Source: Actinomycetota bacterium
Lineage (GTDB): Bacteria > Actinomycetota > Actinomycetes > Nanopelagicales > Nanopelagicaceae
Length of the DNA: 64,000 nucleotides
Reading direction: 5' to 3'
NCBI GenBank assembly: GCA_009700025.1
Contig: WLMW01000002.1
Coordinates: 9,411-73,410 of the forward strand
Positions 39,703-49,833 of the stretch are shown here, in pieces (position 1 is the stretch's first letter; each line of letters begins with the position of its first letter). Both the position numbers and the translations under genes were made by a program. A model generated the notes under the pieces. That model searched no databases. It worked only from the letters and a program-made list of their open reading frames with translations, and was not told the origin of the DNA.

Positions 39703-40728
39703 TTAATCCTCAATGCCTTGCAGAGTTTGGTCTTTGACTGCCAATAAAGAGCGCAAACTTGTGAGTCTCGCAGTTCGCTCAAGGTCAACAACGCCGTTGG
39801 GAGCGGCCCAAGCATCAAGTGAGCACGAACTATGTACATGTGAGCAGTTAGACATGCAGTTAGCGGCAACTTCGGATAAATCTGTGAACGCGTCAACTAT
39901 CCGTTGATTGTCGATATGCGATAGGCCGAAGGCTCGGATACCAGGTGTGTCGATAATCCACCCATCACTACCAGATATCTGCAGCGCAATTGCACTTGAT
40001 GAAGTATGGCGCCCACGGCCAGTCGATGTATTTACTTCACCTGTCATACGATCAGCTGCTGGTACTAAAGCATTGATTAGAGTTGACTTACCTACACCGG
40101 AGTGACCAACTAATACAGATTTTTTTCCCTCAAGAATCGCATGTAGCGCAGTTAAATCATCACTTCGCGAATCACTCTTAATGGCCGTGAAAAGGATTTC
40201 AACATCAAGCTTTGAATACTGCACTATAAATTCAGGAACTGCACCAAGATCGGTCTTTGTAACAACTAATTTTGGTGTAATTCCTTCAGTAAAAGCTGAG
40301 ACTAAAAATCGATCAATTAGTCCTCTTCGGGGTTCTGGATTTGTTGCAGCGACAACAATTACTAACTGATCGATATTTGCAACAATTGTCCGTTCGACTT
40401 GGGCCGCATCATCAACAGTGCGACTTAAAGAGTTACGGCGTTCACTGACTGCCACTATTCGAGCAAGACTTCCTGCGTTTCCACTGATATCGCCAACTAT
40501 CGAAACAATGTCTCCAACGACAACTGACTTTGGTCCTAACTCGCGAGCTCTCATCGCAGTGATAACTAAACCATTATCGGTAAAGCACGTTTGGCGGCCG
40601 CGATCCACAGTTGTAACTAAAGCCGTTATCGCTTGGCTATGGTTTGGACGATCTTTACTTCGGGGGCGAGTGCTGCGGGCTGGCCTGATTCGAGCATCAG
40701 ACTCGTCATATTCGCGAGGAGCCATCAC
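39703..40728 (-). CDS. rsgA: Ribosome small subunit-dependent GTPase
   Basis: TKTD, GHSGVGKST, GRHT, DTPG, C..NCSH...C. Confidence 0.95.
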   Translation of the reverse strand: MMAPREYDESDARIRPARSTRPRSKDRPNHSQAITALVTTVDRGRQTCFTDNGLVITAMRARELGPKSVVVGDIVSIVGDISGNAGSLARIVAVSERRNSLSRTVDDAAQVERTIVANIDQLVIVVAATNPEPRRGLIDRFLVSAFTEGITPKLVVTKTDLGAVPEFIVQYSKLDVEILFTAIKSDSRSDDLTALHAILEGKKSVLVGHSGVGKSTLINALVPAADRMTGEVNTSTGRGRHTSSSAIALQISGSDGWIIDTPGIRAFGLSHIDNQRIVDAFTDLSEVAANCMSNCSHVHSSCSLDAWAAPNGVVDLERTARLTSLRSLLAVKDQTLQGIED

Positions 40729-40744
40729 TTAATTACTCGCAATC

Positions 40745-42049
40745 TCAAGCAAGAAGAGAACTCCATAAACCAGGAAAATCTGGAAGCGTTTTACGAGTTG
40801 TAGCTATATTTTCTACTTCGATTCCAGGTACTACTAAGCCGATGACCGCACCAGCTGTTGCAAGTCGGTGATCTTCATAGGTGTGAAAAACGCCTCCATG
40901 AAGTGGCGCAGGAGTGATGTGGAGAGAGGTTTTATGCTCTTCAACATTTCCACCTAAGGAATTTATCTCACGAGTCAATGCGGCTAGTCGATCCGTTTCA
41001 TGTAAGCGTAAGTGGCCAATGCCACGAAGATGTGAAGGTGAATCTGCCAGCGCAGCCAATGCCGCGATAGAAGGTGTCAGTTCACCAACATCGTGTAAAT
41101 CAATATCAATTCCATGAATAATGCCAGTACCTTTTAGAGTTAAACCTTTTGAACTCATTGAAATATGCGCACCCATGCGAGTAAGTATCGTGCGGAGTTG
41201 ATCTCCAGGTTGAGTTGTTTCTGCCGGCCAGTCAGCAATAGTGATTGAACCACCGCATACCATTGCCATCGACAAGAAAGGTGCTGCATTTGAAAGATCT
41301 GGTTCTATGACTAATTCGCGGCCATGAAGCAACCCAGGTTGAACATTCCAGCTCTGTGCATCACTATCAACTGTTACAACTGCTCCAAAACTTCTGAGCA
41401 TATCAACAGTCATATCAATGTGTGGCATTGATGGAAGTGATCCACCCTTATGTGTTGCAGTAATTCCATGAGTAAAACTTGGTGCAACTAACAAAAGTGC
41501 TGACAAAAACTGACTAGATGCGCTGGCATCGATTGTTATTTCCCCACCGGGAATCATGCCCTTTCCGTGAAGTGTTAGCGGCAAGCTGTATCGACCTTCA
41601 TGCTCGATAGAAACACCTAATTCTTCAAGTGCTTTGATTACAGGGCCAAGTGGGCGCTCATATGAACGCGGATCCCCATCAAATGAAATCTCTCCGGTTG
41701 CAAGTGCTGCGAGTGGCGGCAAGAATCGCATGACTGTACCCGCGTTTCCCACATCAATTCTTGCAGGCCCACTCATTGCTGCAGGTGTAAGAGTTAATTG
41801 GTATTCAGGTAATCCATCTATGAATGCATCTTCTTCGACAATTCCAATACCCAGAGCTTGTAACCCCTGCACCATGAGTTCGCTATCGCGTGAGACTAAA
41901 GGTCGTCGTAGAACTGATGGTGAATCGGCCTGTGCTGCCAAAACGAGTGCGCGATTAGTCACGGACTTCGAGCCTGGAATTACGACCGAAATATCGACTG
42001 GCTTTGCACCGCGAAGGATCGCTGGCCAGTGGGCGTCGTTTTTATTCAT
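40745..42049 (-). CDS. aroA: EPSP synthase
   Basis: PGSKS.TNR, GNAGT.MRF, SSQF, HETDR, DHR, KTLP. Confidence 0.97.
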   Translation of the reverse strand: MNKNDAHWPAILRGAKPVDISVVIPGSKSVTNRALVLAAQADSPSVLRRPLVSRDSELMVQGLQALGIGIVEEDAFIDGLPEYQLTLTPAAMSGPARIDVGNAGTVMRFLPPLAALATGEISFDGDPRSYERPLGPVIKALEELGVSIEHEGRYSLPLTLHGKGMIPGGEITIDASASSQFLSALLLVAPSFTHGITATHKGGSLPSMPHIDMTVDMLRSFGAVVTVDSDAQSWNVQPGLLHGRELVIEPDLSNAAPFLSMAMVCGGSITIADWPAETTQPGDQLRTILTRMGAHISMSSKGLTLKGTGIIHGIDIDLHDVGELTPSIAALAALADSPSHLRGIGHLRLHETDRLAALTREINSLGGNVEEHKTSLHITPAPLHGGVFHTYEDHRLATAGAVIGLVVPGIEVENIATTRKTLPDFPGLWSSLLA

Positions 42050-42072
42050 TGATTAAGTCTATCCTTTTCCAT

Positions 42073-42804
42073 ATGTGTGGCAGATATGCGCAGTCAGCCG
42101 ATATGCGCGAACTCATGGAGCAGTTTGAGGTCTCGGGTAGCTCGCCGACCGAATCCCTGCCAGCCAGTTGGAATATCGCACCCACTAACCCCATCTATAT
42201 TGTTCGTGCCGATTCCGAAAACCACAAGAAAAATGCCCTTGCTACAGTCTCATGGGGATTAATCGGGCCATGGCTTATTGATGTTAGCGAGGCAAAAGCA
42301 TCACAGTCCCGTGCAATAAATGCTCGCAGTGAATCAATCCATGAGAAGCCAACTTTCAGAGCAGCATTTAAATCTACGAGATGCTTGATTCCTGCAGAGG
42401 GATATTACGAATGGGCAACCGCTCTGGGTAAATATTCACCTAAACAGCCATTTTATATTTCTGCCAAAAATGGAAAACAACTTCCCATTGCTGGAATATG
42501 GAGTAGTTGGAGAGCACCAAATGGATCGATGATTGAAACTGCTTCAATTATTACTCAGGAAGCACAGGGCGAACTGGCAGAGATCCATAACCGTATGCCA
42601 GTTTTCATGCCGTACGAACGCTGGGACCAGTGGTTAAATCCAGCTAATACTGAAACGGAAAGCTTGAAATCTCTGATGCAGATTGAATCCCCCGCTTCCT
42701 TGGCGGTCGCGCGCCCAGTCTCTAGAGCAGTTAATACTGTGTCAAATAATTCACAAAAGTTGACGGCACAGATTGAAGTTGGCGAGCCAGAAACCCTCTT
42801 TTAG
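42073..42804 (+). CDS. SRAP (SOS response-associated, HMCES/YedK-like) protein
   Basis: N-terminal MCGRY (start re-called), NARSE, GYYEW, IHNRMP. Confidence 0.93.
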   Translation: MCGRYAQSADMRELMEQFEVSGSSPTESLPASWNIAPTNPIYIVRADSENHKKNALATVSWGLIGPWLIDVSEAKASQSRAINARSESIHEKPTFRAAFKSTRCLIPAEGYYEWATALGKYSPKQPFYISAKNGKQLPIAGIWSSWRAPNGSMIETASIITQEAQGELAEIHNRMPVFMPYERWDQWLNPANTETESLKSLMQIESPASLAVARPVSRAVNTVSNNSQKLTAQIEVGEPETLF

Positions 42805-42822
42805 CGATAGCCTTTTACTGCG

Positions 42823-43431
42823 ATGACTTCAACCGATTTAGTAAAAGAGAGCCCAGCGGATCGTGCTGTCCGCTTTGAACGTGATGCACTCGTTTTTACT
42901 AATCAGCTTTACGCCGCTGCATTGCGCTATACAAAAAATCCTCATGATGCAAAAGATTTAGTTCAAGATACTTACTTAAAAGCATTTGCATCATTTCATC
43001 AGTTTGAGCCTGGCACGAACTTAAAAGCTTGGTTATATCGAATTTTGACCACCACATTTATTAATACTTACCGCAAAGATCAACGGCGCCCAAAAATATC
43101 TGGAGGTGAGATTGAAGATTGGCAGTTAGCCAATGCGGCTTCGCATTCAAGCAATCTTGGTAAATCTGCAGAGGTTGAGGCGCTAGAAAACCTGCCTGAT
43201 AGCGATATAAAACGCGCACTCAATGAGATCCCAGAAGAGTTCCGCATCGCCGTTTACCTCGCTGATGTTGAGGGATTTTCATACAAAGAGATTGCCGAAA
43301 TTGTTGGCGTTCCGGCTGGAACCATTATGTCGCGCTTACATCGCGGAAGAAAACAACTCCGTGAGCGGTTAACTGAGTATGCAAAGGATCTTGGTTACAC
43401 AGTCAAGTCACCTAAGGAGGAAACTCCATGA
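42823..43431 (+). CDS. sigH: ECF sigma factor SigH/SigR
   Basis: [40 protein letters not shown]; synteny with aroA/SRAP and anti-sigma. Confidence 0.9.
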   Translation: MTSTDLVKESPADRAVRFERDALVFTNQLYAAALRYTKNPHDAKDLVQDTYLKAFASFHQFEPGTNLKAWLYRILTTTFINTYRKDQRRPKISGGEIEDWQLANAASHSSNLGKSAEVEALENLPDSDIKRALNEIPEEFRIAVYLADVEGFSYKEIAEIVGVPAGTIMSRLHRGRKQLRERLTEYAKDLGYTVKSPKEETP

Positions 43432-43838
43432 GTCCACATCAGCTAGTACCGTGTAGTCAAATCCTTAACTCATTCGTACTGTTGCTTGAAGGTGATACCG
43501 ATGCACCAATGGCCCAAACTATTGAAATACATTTACTGAACTGTCCAAACTGTTCCGCTGAACTTGCACATGAAAGACGAATGCACAGTTTAATTCAAGA
43601 AGTTCTGCAGCGCACTTGCTGCGAAACTGCTCCTGAAGAATTGCACGACTCTATATATCAACAAATTCACGCCCAAATGACCGGTAGCTTCATGACCGAA
43701 GTGACCACTGAATTTACAATGACCGAAATTTCGATTGAAATAGATGAGTTTGGAAATGTTGAGCACCGCGAAGTTACTATCGAACACACTGAAGAAATTC
43801 GTTTTCTGAGTGAGCCTACTGATGAAAGTAACAAGTAA
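43428..43838 (+). CDS. rshA: Zinc anti-sigma factor RshA/RsrA
   Basis: C...HLLNCPNC (HxxxCxxC), CCETAP; ATGA overlap with sigma gene. Confidence 0.82.
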   Translation: MSPHQLVPCSQILNSFVLLLEGDTDAPMAQTIEIHLLNCPNCSAELAHERRMHSLIQEVLQRTCCETAPEELHDSIYQQIHAQMTGSFMTEVTTEFTMTEISIEIDEFGNVEHREVTIEHTEEIRFLSEPTDESNK

Positions 43839-43841
43839 TCC

Positions 43842-44246
43842 ATGAAATCCGCTGATGAGATTATTGGAGTAGTTGGTTTCTCAATAATGACTGTTAGGCC
43901 CGGTGATACCTGCGTTGCGTTAGGTGTTGGAGATTTACCTATTGTGGCGCAATCTCATCTTATTAATCTCATGGAGCATGCTGCTGTGATTTCCCTCGAT
44001 GAGCATCTTGAACCCGGAGAAACAACTATTTCAATAAGTATTGAAACTCTGGCTTTGAGTCCGGCTGAAATTGGAGCAGAGCTGCGAGCAACTTCAAGAT
44101 GTGTTGAAGTCTTTAATCGAGAACTGACATTTGAATGTGAAGTTTATGAGGGTGAGCGTCAAGTGGCGGCCGCAATGATAAAAAGAGCGACAGTGGAGCG
44201 AGTATCTTTCCTCGCACGCACTGCCGCTCAATCTTTAATTAGTTAA
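43842..44246 (+). CDS. Hot-dog fold thioesterase-like protein (FlK-like)
   Basis: ALGVGDLP..A..LINLME.AA. Confidence 0.7.
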   Translation: MKSADEIIGVVGFSIMTVRPGDTCVALGVGDLPIVAQSHLINLMEHAAVISLDEHLEPGETTISISIETLALSPAEIGAELRATSRCVEVFNRELTFECEVYEGERQVAAAMIKRATVERVSFLARTAAQSLIS

Positions 44247-44270
44247 ATATGTAACTAGTTAAATACGTAA

Positions 44271-44660
44271 TTAAGCCTTCTTTGTTGCCCAGAAAATCTC
44301 TGCAATTTCATCAATCTTTGCAATTAATTTATCTGCGACTGCAACATCTTGTGTTCCCTTAGTACCGGCAGCACCAGCGAGCTTCGTCGCCTCATTGAAA
44401 AGAGAGTGCAGTTGTGGATAGGCTTCAAAATGTGGGGCCTTGAAGTAATCGGTCCAAAGAACCCAGAGGTGCTCTTTTACTTGATGTGAACGCTCTTCTT
44501 TAATTGCAACAGAGCGTGAACGAAAATCAGCATCAGTATTGGCAGCGTATTTTTCCATACAAGCTTTTACAGATAGGGCCTCAATTTTTGCTTGGGCCGG
44601 ATCGTAAACTCCGCATGGAAGATCGCAGTGTGCGTAAACTGTAGTTTTCGGTGCAAACAT
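44271..44660 (-). CDS. sodN: Nickel superoxide dismutase precursor
   Basis: 10-aa leader then Ni-hook HCDLPCGVYDP; HLWVLWTDYFK. Confidence 0.97.
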   Translation of the reverse strand: MFAPKTTVYAHCDLPCGVYDPAQAKIEALSVKACMEKYAANTDADFRSRSVAIKEERSHQVKEHLWVLWTDYFKAPHFEAYPQLHSLFNEATKLAGAAGTKGTQDVAVADKLIAKIDEIAEIFWATKKA

Positions 44661-44719
44661 GGCTTTCTCTCCCTAAAAAAATTTCACGAGTACGTCGAAC
44701 AAGTGACAGACTACCGTTC

Positions 44720-45025
44720 GTGAGCAAATTTGGCATAGTCAAGGTTGATGGTGAATCCATGGCTCCCACTTATCACCATGGGGATCGGTTACTTGTCCTC
44801 TGGATGAAACAATCACCTAATCGAGCCCCGCTTGGGAGTATCGCAGTCATTGAACGTGAGCAGCGCCCAGGAATCTTTCTGATTAAACGAATTCAAAAGT
44901 CTCACGCTGGAAACTATTGGGTCGAGGGTGATAACAGCGACAGTACTGATTCAAGGAGCTGGGGATGGATCACGCCAAGTGAAATTGTTGGTCGCGTTTT
45001 ATTTCGATACCGAAAAGGACAATAA
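44720..45025 (+). CDS. sodX: Ni-SOD maturation protease (S26)
   Basis: GESMAPT, LIKR, WVEGDN..STDSR.WG; divergent from sodN; start re-called to GTG 44720. Confidence 0.9.
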   Translation: MSKFGIVKVDGESMAPTYHHGDRLLVLWMKQSPNRAPLGSIAVIEREQRPGIFLIKRIQKSHAGNYWVEGDNSDSTDSRSWGWITPSEIVGRVLFRYRKGQ

Positions 45026-45050
45026 ATTAGGCTACAAAGGCTTTAAGTAA

Positions 45051-48000
45051 TTAGCGCGTAAAGGCCTCTAGCATCAATGCTTTCTGCTCATCTTCATGCA
45101 AGTGGTGATTTCCAGTTGCTGGAGAAGCAGTCGCGCGACGAGAAACGCGGCGCAAGATTCGATCTCCGAATCCATGGCCGCCATGCTGTTCGGATGTGCG
45201 AAGCGCAATGAAAGACCAAGGACCTTGGTTAGCAGGTTCATCTTGAACCCACAACAGATTAGCGTTTGGATGCTTATTTGCCTCAGCAACCATTTCGTCA
45301 ATTGGAAGTGGGAAAAGAAGTTCAACGCGCACAATTGCTGTCGAATTTTCACCTGACTTTGTACGCTCTGCGATCAAGTCATGATAAATCTTTCCGGAAC
45401 AGAAAATGACTCGAGAAGCGTTTTGTACGGAGTCATCAGAAATAACCGGACGGAAATGTCCACTTGTAAAGTCTGAAAGTGAAGAAGCAGCAGCTCGCAA
45501 ACGCAACATAGATTTTGGAGTAAAGACAATCATTGAGCGCCGTGCTGGATTCTTTACATGCCAGCGAAGTAAGTGGAAGTAAGAGGCCGGAGTTGATGGC
45601 TGTGCAACAGTCATATTCTGTTCAGCACATAACTGTAAATAGCGCTCAATGCGTGCCGATGAGTGATCTGGACCTTGGCCTTCATAGCCATGTGGGAGCA
45701 ACAGCACTAACGAAGAACGCTCTCCCCACTTCTGTAATGCAGATGAGATGAACTCATCAATAATTGTTTGAGCACCATTAGCGAAGTCGCCAAACTGTCC
45801 CTCCCACAGCACTAATGCATCTTCGCGCTCCACGCTATAGCCGTACTCAAATCCCATCGCTGCATACTCGCTGAGCAATGAATCGATCACAAAGAAATGG
45901 TTGTCATCGCTATTAAGGGCACGCAATGGGGTCCATTCATTGCCATTTTCTTTGTCAATAATGACTGCATGGCGGTTACTAAATGTACCTCGGCGTGCAT
46001 CTTGGCCAGCCAAACGAATTGGTCGATCCTCTTTTAAGAGGGAACCAAATGCCAGCATTTCGCCAGTAGACCAATCAATTGAACCATCGTTAAGAGACTC
46101 AACTCGCTTTGCTAACTGAGGCAATAGCTTTGGATGCACATGGAAGCCATCAGGGATTGCAGATTGAGTTGCAGCGATTTCTCGCGCAAGTTCCTCGCTG
46201 ATGGAAGTAATAATCTGATGTGCATCTGGTGGTACTGGAGCTTTAAAGTTGGGATCAGATTCGGTTTCAAGATTATTGACTGCAGCATAAACGGCCTCTA
46301 ATTGAGTTTGATAATCGCGAGCAACTTCTTCAGCTTCCGCTGGTGAAATATCACCTTTGCCAATCAGGGCTTCAATATACAAAGTACGTGTCGAACGCTT
46401 GGCATCAATCATCTTGTACATAAGTGGTTGCGTAAAACTTGGCTCGTCACCTTCATTGTGTCCACGACGGCGATAACAAATCATGTCGATCACAACATCT
46501 TTATTATATTCTTGACGATATTCAAATGCCAAGCGAGCAATACGTACGCAAGCCTCTGGGTCATCACCATTGACATGGAAAACAGGTGCCTGAATAATCT
46601 TGGCAAAATCTGTTGCATATGTTGCAGTGCGGGACGCACTTGGTGATGTCGTAAATCCAACTTGATTATTGACAATAATATGAATCGTTCCACCCGTACG
46701 ATATCCCGCTAACTGTGACATCTGTAGGACCTCAGCGTTTACTCCTTGACCCGCAAATGCCGAGTCGCCATGGAGCAAAATTGGTAGCACTGAGTAAGCA
46801 TTCTTTATGTTGAGTTTGTCCTGTTTTGCTCTAACAATGCCTTCAAGTACTGGGTTTACTGCTTCTAGGTGAGAAGGATTAGCTGCTAAATAAATCTTGG
46901 TTGTGGCACCAGAAAACGAAGTGAAAACCCCTTCGGTTCCTAAGTGATATTTAACATCGCCAGAGCCTTGTACTTGATTTTCAGCATAATGTCCTTGAAA
47001 CTCTTGGAAAATTTGGCCATGGGATTTTCCGGCAATGTTTGCCAATACATTGAGGCGGCCCCGGTGTGGCATGCCAATACAGACTTCGTCCATACCTTGA
47101 TCGGCAGCACCCGATAAAACCGCATCAAGCAGTGGAATTACGGATTCGCCACCTTCGAGTGAGAAACGCTTCTGCCCGACAAACTTGGTTTGCAAGAAAG
47201 TTTCAAATGCCTCTGCGCTATTTAGCTTGCGCAAAATACGCAGGTGCTCCTCTGGTGCAAATTTATTTGGAGAAGCTTCCACATGGGTTTGAATCCATTG
47301 ACGCTCTTTTGGATTTTCAATATACATGTACTCAACACCGACAGTACGGCAATAAGAATCTCGCAAAATTCCAAGAATATTTCGCAGAGGTAAGAACGGT
47401 AATCCACCAAAACCACCAGTCGCAAATTCACGATCGAGGTCCCACAAGGTCAAACCATGTGTGACTACATCTAAATCTGGGTGAGAGCGTTGCTTATATT
47501 CGAGCGGATCCACATCAGCCATCAAGTGACCAAAAGTACGATACGCGTGAATCAGCTGTTGGATACGCGCGGTCTTATTTATCTGCTCATCTTTTGTAAA
47601 TTCAAAATCTTTAGCCCAACGAATTGGTTCGTACGGAATGCGAACTGCAGCGAATATTTCATCATAAAAACCGTCAGCACCTAAGAGATACTCATTCATC
47701 CGTCGAAGGAAATCACCTGATTGCGCACCTTGAATTACGCGATGATCGTAAGTACTTGTGAGCGTCACAACTTTGCTGATGGCCATGCGGGCCAAGCTTT
47801 CTTCACTTGTGCCGTTGAACTCTGATGGGTAATCCAGCGCACCGACTCCAAGAATCAACCCTTGCCCCTGCACTAAACGTGGTACCGAATGAACAGTGCC
47901 GAGCGTGCCTGGATTAGTAATAGACATTGTTGTGCCTGCGAAATCTTCAACCGTGAGCGTTCCGCCCCGTGCCTTCTTGATAACCGCTTCGTACGCGCCC

Positions 48001-48818
48001 CAGAACTGCGCAAAATCCATATCTTCGCAGCCTTTAACAGATGGAACTAATAACTGCCTTGAACCATCAGCTTTAGCTAAATCGATCGCGATGCCCAAGT
48101 TAATGTGTTCTGGGTGACCAATCGCTGGCTTGCCATCTATTTCGCCAAAAAATGCATTCATCTCAGGCATTGCCCGAACTGCTTTAATCATTGCATAGGC
48201 GATGATGTGCGTGAAGGAAACTTTTCCACCACGCGCACGCTTCATATGATTATTTATGACAATGCGATTATCAATCATTAACTTAGCCGCAACTGCACGA
48301 ACGGATGTAGCAGTTGGAACCGATAGAGATGCTTCCATGCTTTGAACAACTCGCGCAGATACTCCACGCAAAGGTTCAAGCGTTGATGCACTCGGCGTGA
48401 TTAATACTGGGACGGGCTTAACAATTGGATCGGCAGGTGTTGGCTGCGGTGTAGCGGTATCTCGAACAATCGGTTGAGGAGTTGATAGAGGTTGTGCCGG
48501 AGCAGTTGGTTGCACAGGAGCAGTTGGTTGCACAACTACCGCACTCTCTTGCACTATAGCTGCGGCTGATTCAATCGGTTTGTCCATTTTTTGCTGTGCC
48601 TTAGGAACCGGCGGCACGCCTTTAGAAACTGAATGTGCCGACGTATCTGACACGCTCGTCGGGCTAACAGCTCCGGATGAAGCAGACGAAGAAGATTGAG
48701 GTTTATTGGTTTTAAAGTATTCAACCCACGCTGAATCAACGGATGCAGGGTCTGCTAAATACTGCTCGTACATTTCATCGACGAGCCAATCATTTGCACC
48801 AAAATCCTGTGCCGACAC
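45051..48818 (-). CDS. kgd: Multifunctional 2-oxoglutarate decarboxylase/dehydrogenase (E2-E1 fusion)
   Basis: FGANDWLVDEMY, TYDHRVIQGA, GMPHRGRLN, HGDSAF, WEGQFGDF. Confidence 0.96.
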   Translation of the reverse strand: MSAQDFGANDWLVDEMYEQYLADPASVDSAWVEYFKTNKPQSSSSASSGAVSPTSVSDTSAHSVSKGVPPVPKAQQKMDKPIESAAAIVQESAVVVQPTAPVQPTAPAQPLSTPQPIVRDTATPQPTPADPIVKPVPVLITPSASTLEPLRGVSARVVQSMEASLSVPTATSVRAVAAKLMIDNRIVINNHMKRARGGKVSFTHIIAYAMIKAVRAMPEMNAFFGEIDGKPAIGHPEHINLGIAIDLAKADGSRQLLVPSVKGCEDMDFAQFWGAYEAVIKKARGGTLTVEDFAGTTMSITNPGTLGTVHSVPRLVQGQGLILGVGALDYPSEFNGTSEESLARMAISKVVTLTSTYDHRVIQGAQSGDFLRRMNEYLLGADGFYDEIFAAVRIPYEPIRWAKDFEFTKDEQINKTARIQQLIHAYRTFGHLMADVDPLEYKQRSHPDLDVVTHGLTLWDLDREFATGGFGGLPFLPLRNILGILRDSYCRTVGVEYMYIENPKERQWIQTHVEASPNKFAPEEHLRILRKLNSAEAFETFLQTKFVGQKRFSLEGGESVIPLLDAVLSGAADQGMDEVCIGMPHRGRLNVLANIAGKSHGQIFQEFQGHYAENQVQGSGDVKYHLGTEGVFTSFSGATTKIYLAANPSHLEAVNPVLEGIVRAKQDKLNIKNAYSVLPILLHGDSAFAGQGVNAEVLQMSQLAGYRTGGTIHIIVNNQVGFTTSPSASRTATYATDFAKIIQAPVFHVNGDDPEACVRIARLAFEYRQEYNKDVVIDMICYRRRGHNEGDEPSFTQPLMYKMIDAKRSTRTLYIEALIGKGDISPAEAEEVARDYQTQLEAVYAAVNNLETESDPNFKAPVPPDAHQIITSISEELAREIAATQSAIPDGFHVHPKLLPQLAKRVESLNDGSIDWSTGEMLAFGSLLKEDRPIRLAGQDARRGTFSNRHAVIIDKENGNEWTPLRALNSDDNHFFVIDSLLSEYAAMGFEYGYSVEREDALVLWEGQFGDFANGAQTIIDEFISSALQKWGERSSLVLLLPHGYEGQGPDHSSARIERYLQLCAEQNMTVAQPSTPASYFHLLRWHVKNPARRSMIVFTPKSMLRLRAAASSLSDFTSGHFRPVISDDSVQNASRVIFCSGKIYHDLIAERTKSGENSTAIVRVELLFPLPIDEMVAEANKHPNANLLWVQDEPANQGPWSFIALRTSEQHGGHGFGDRILRRVSRRATASPATGNHHLHEDEQKALMLEAFTR

Positions 48819-48929
48819 TGGCGAACTCCTTCTTGGCGTGAATGTGGTCTAAGCCTATCGGCACTGTCGCCCTGACCTGAACCCCTCAACGCTGAATCTG
48901 GCGCGAGATAGACCACATTATGAAGTCAT

Positions 48930-49307
48930 TTATTCCGGAATCGCGCGCAGCGCCGCAATCAAAGTTGCCACTGCAAGCATGGCCAGTGGAGCTGCAACAA
49001 CCCAAAGACCAGCCTGAACTTGATATGAAACTACTCCGAGTGCAATGAGATTGGCCAGTACGGCTGGTGCTCGACCAAAGTATTTCCCACGACGATATCC
49101 AATTGCTGCCGCTGCTAATCCCCCGCTTCCGAGGAGGACAAAGAGTAGAACGCCAAGAAGTACTCGAATCTCAAAGCCTTCATCAGTCACGGTAAGCGTC
49201 AGAAATATCAACCATAGACCAAGAAGTGCAATGACAACTGCTTCGACAAAGAGTAGGGATGCCACTACTGCGCGGGCCTTCGCCGCCTTGGAAGGATTCT
49301 TTGTCAT
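48930..49307 (-). CDS. Four-TM membrane protein (Rv3217c-like, tentative)
   Basis: Hydrophobic helices, GKYFGRAPAV. Confidence 0.6.
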   Translation of the reverse strand: MTKNPSKAAKARAVVASLLFVEAVVIALLGLWLIFLTLTVTDEGFEIRVLLGVLLFVLLGSGGLAAAAIGYRRGKYFGRAPAVLANLIALGVVSYQVQAGLWVVAAPLAMLAVATLIAALRAIPE

Positions 49308-49794
49308 GGAGGAGAGATTAACTCATACCGGCAATAGAAACCCGCTTTTCTCTCATGACGGGATCCATGATTCGCAAACACACTTGGCATCCCCATCATT
49401 TTTTTATGAGCAATTGAGAAGGCAAATTGCATTATCACAGCGAACAACAATAAGTTTTAGCGCAATAAAGATAACGTTCACGCGAAGGGTTGTGGATTCA
49501 ATCTCATATTCAGTGACCGCCGAAGATATTCTCTACTTCTCATGCGAATTAAGGCTTCTCACTCGAACCGAGGACTGCATTGGGCGGTTAGGAATCAATG
49601 AATGTGTGGTTTTAATCAATGACGGAGAACTATCTGCAGAAAAACTCATTTCACGCCTCCAATCGTCATCCTTATTGAACGCACATGGCAAATTGGATAT
49701 TTGCATATCTATGGTCACATCTCGGCAGAACGAGACCGGCCTTGAACTTCTTAAGCGATTGGACTACGCGCCGTTATCCACTCTTTCAAATTAA
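49306..49794 (+). CDS. Degenerate GGDEF-like protein
   Basis: DSQTHL (D.LTGL), RTEDCIGRLGINECVV (R..D..GR.GGDEF), LLKRLD.A; start uncertain. Confidence 0.55.
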   Translation: MEERLTHTGNRNPLFSHDGIHDSQTHLASPSFFYEQLRRQIALSQRTTISFSAIKITFTRRVVDSISYSVTAEDILYFSCELRLLTRTEDCIGRLGINECVVLINDGELSAEKLISRLQSSSLLNAHGKLDICISMVTSRQNETGLELLKRLDYAPLSTLSN

Positions 49795-49833
49795 CTGGTG
49801 TGAATATGTCAGTCACGGAGTTAGATTCCCCGC

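Noticed and set aside
49045-49305. N-terminal 87 aa of the 249-aa ORF
   Set aside because: Antisense to the membrane gene 48930-49307; the GGDEF-like part begins at or after 49306
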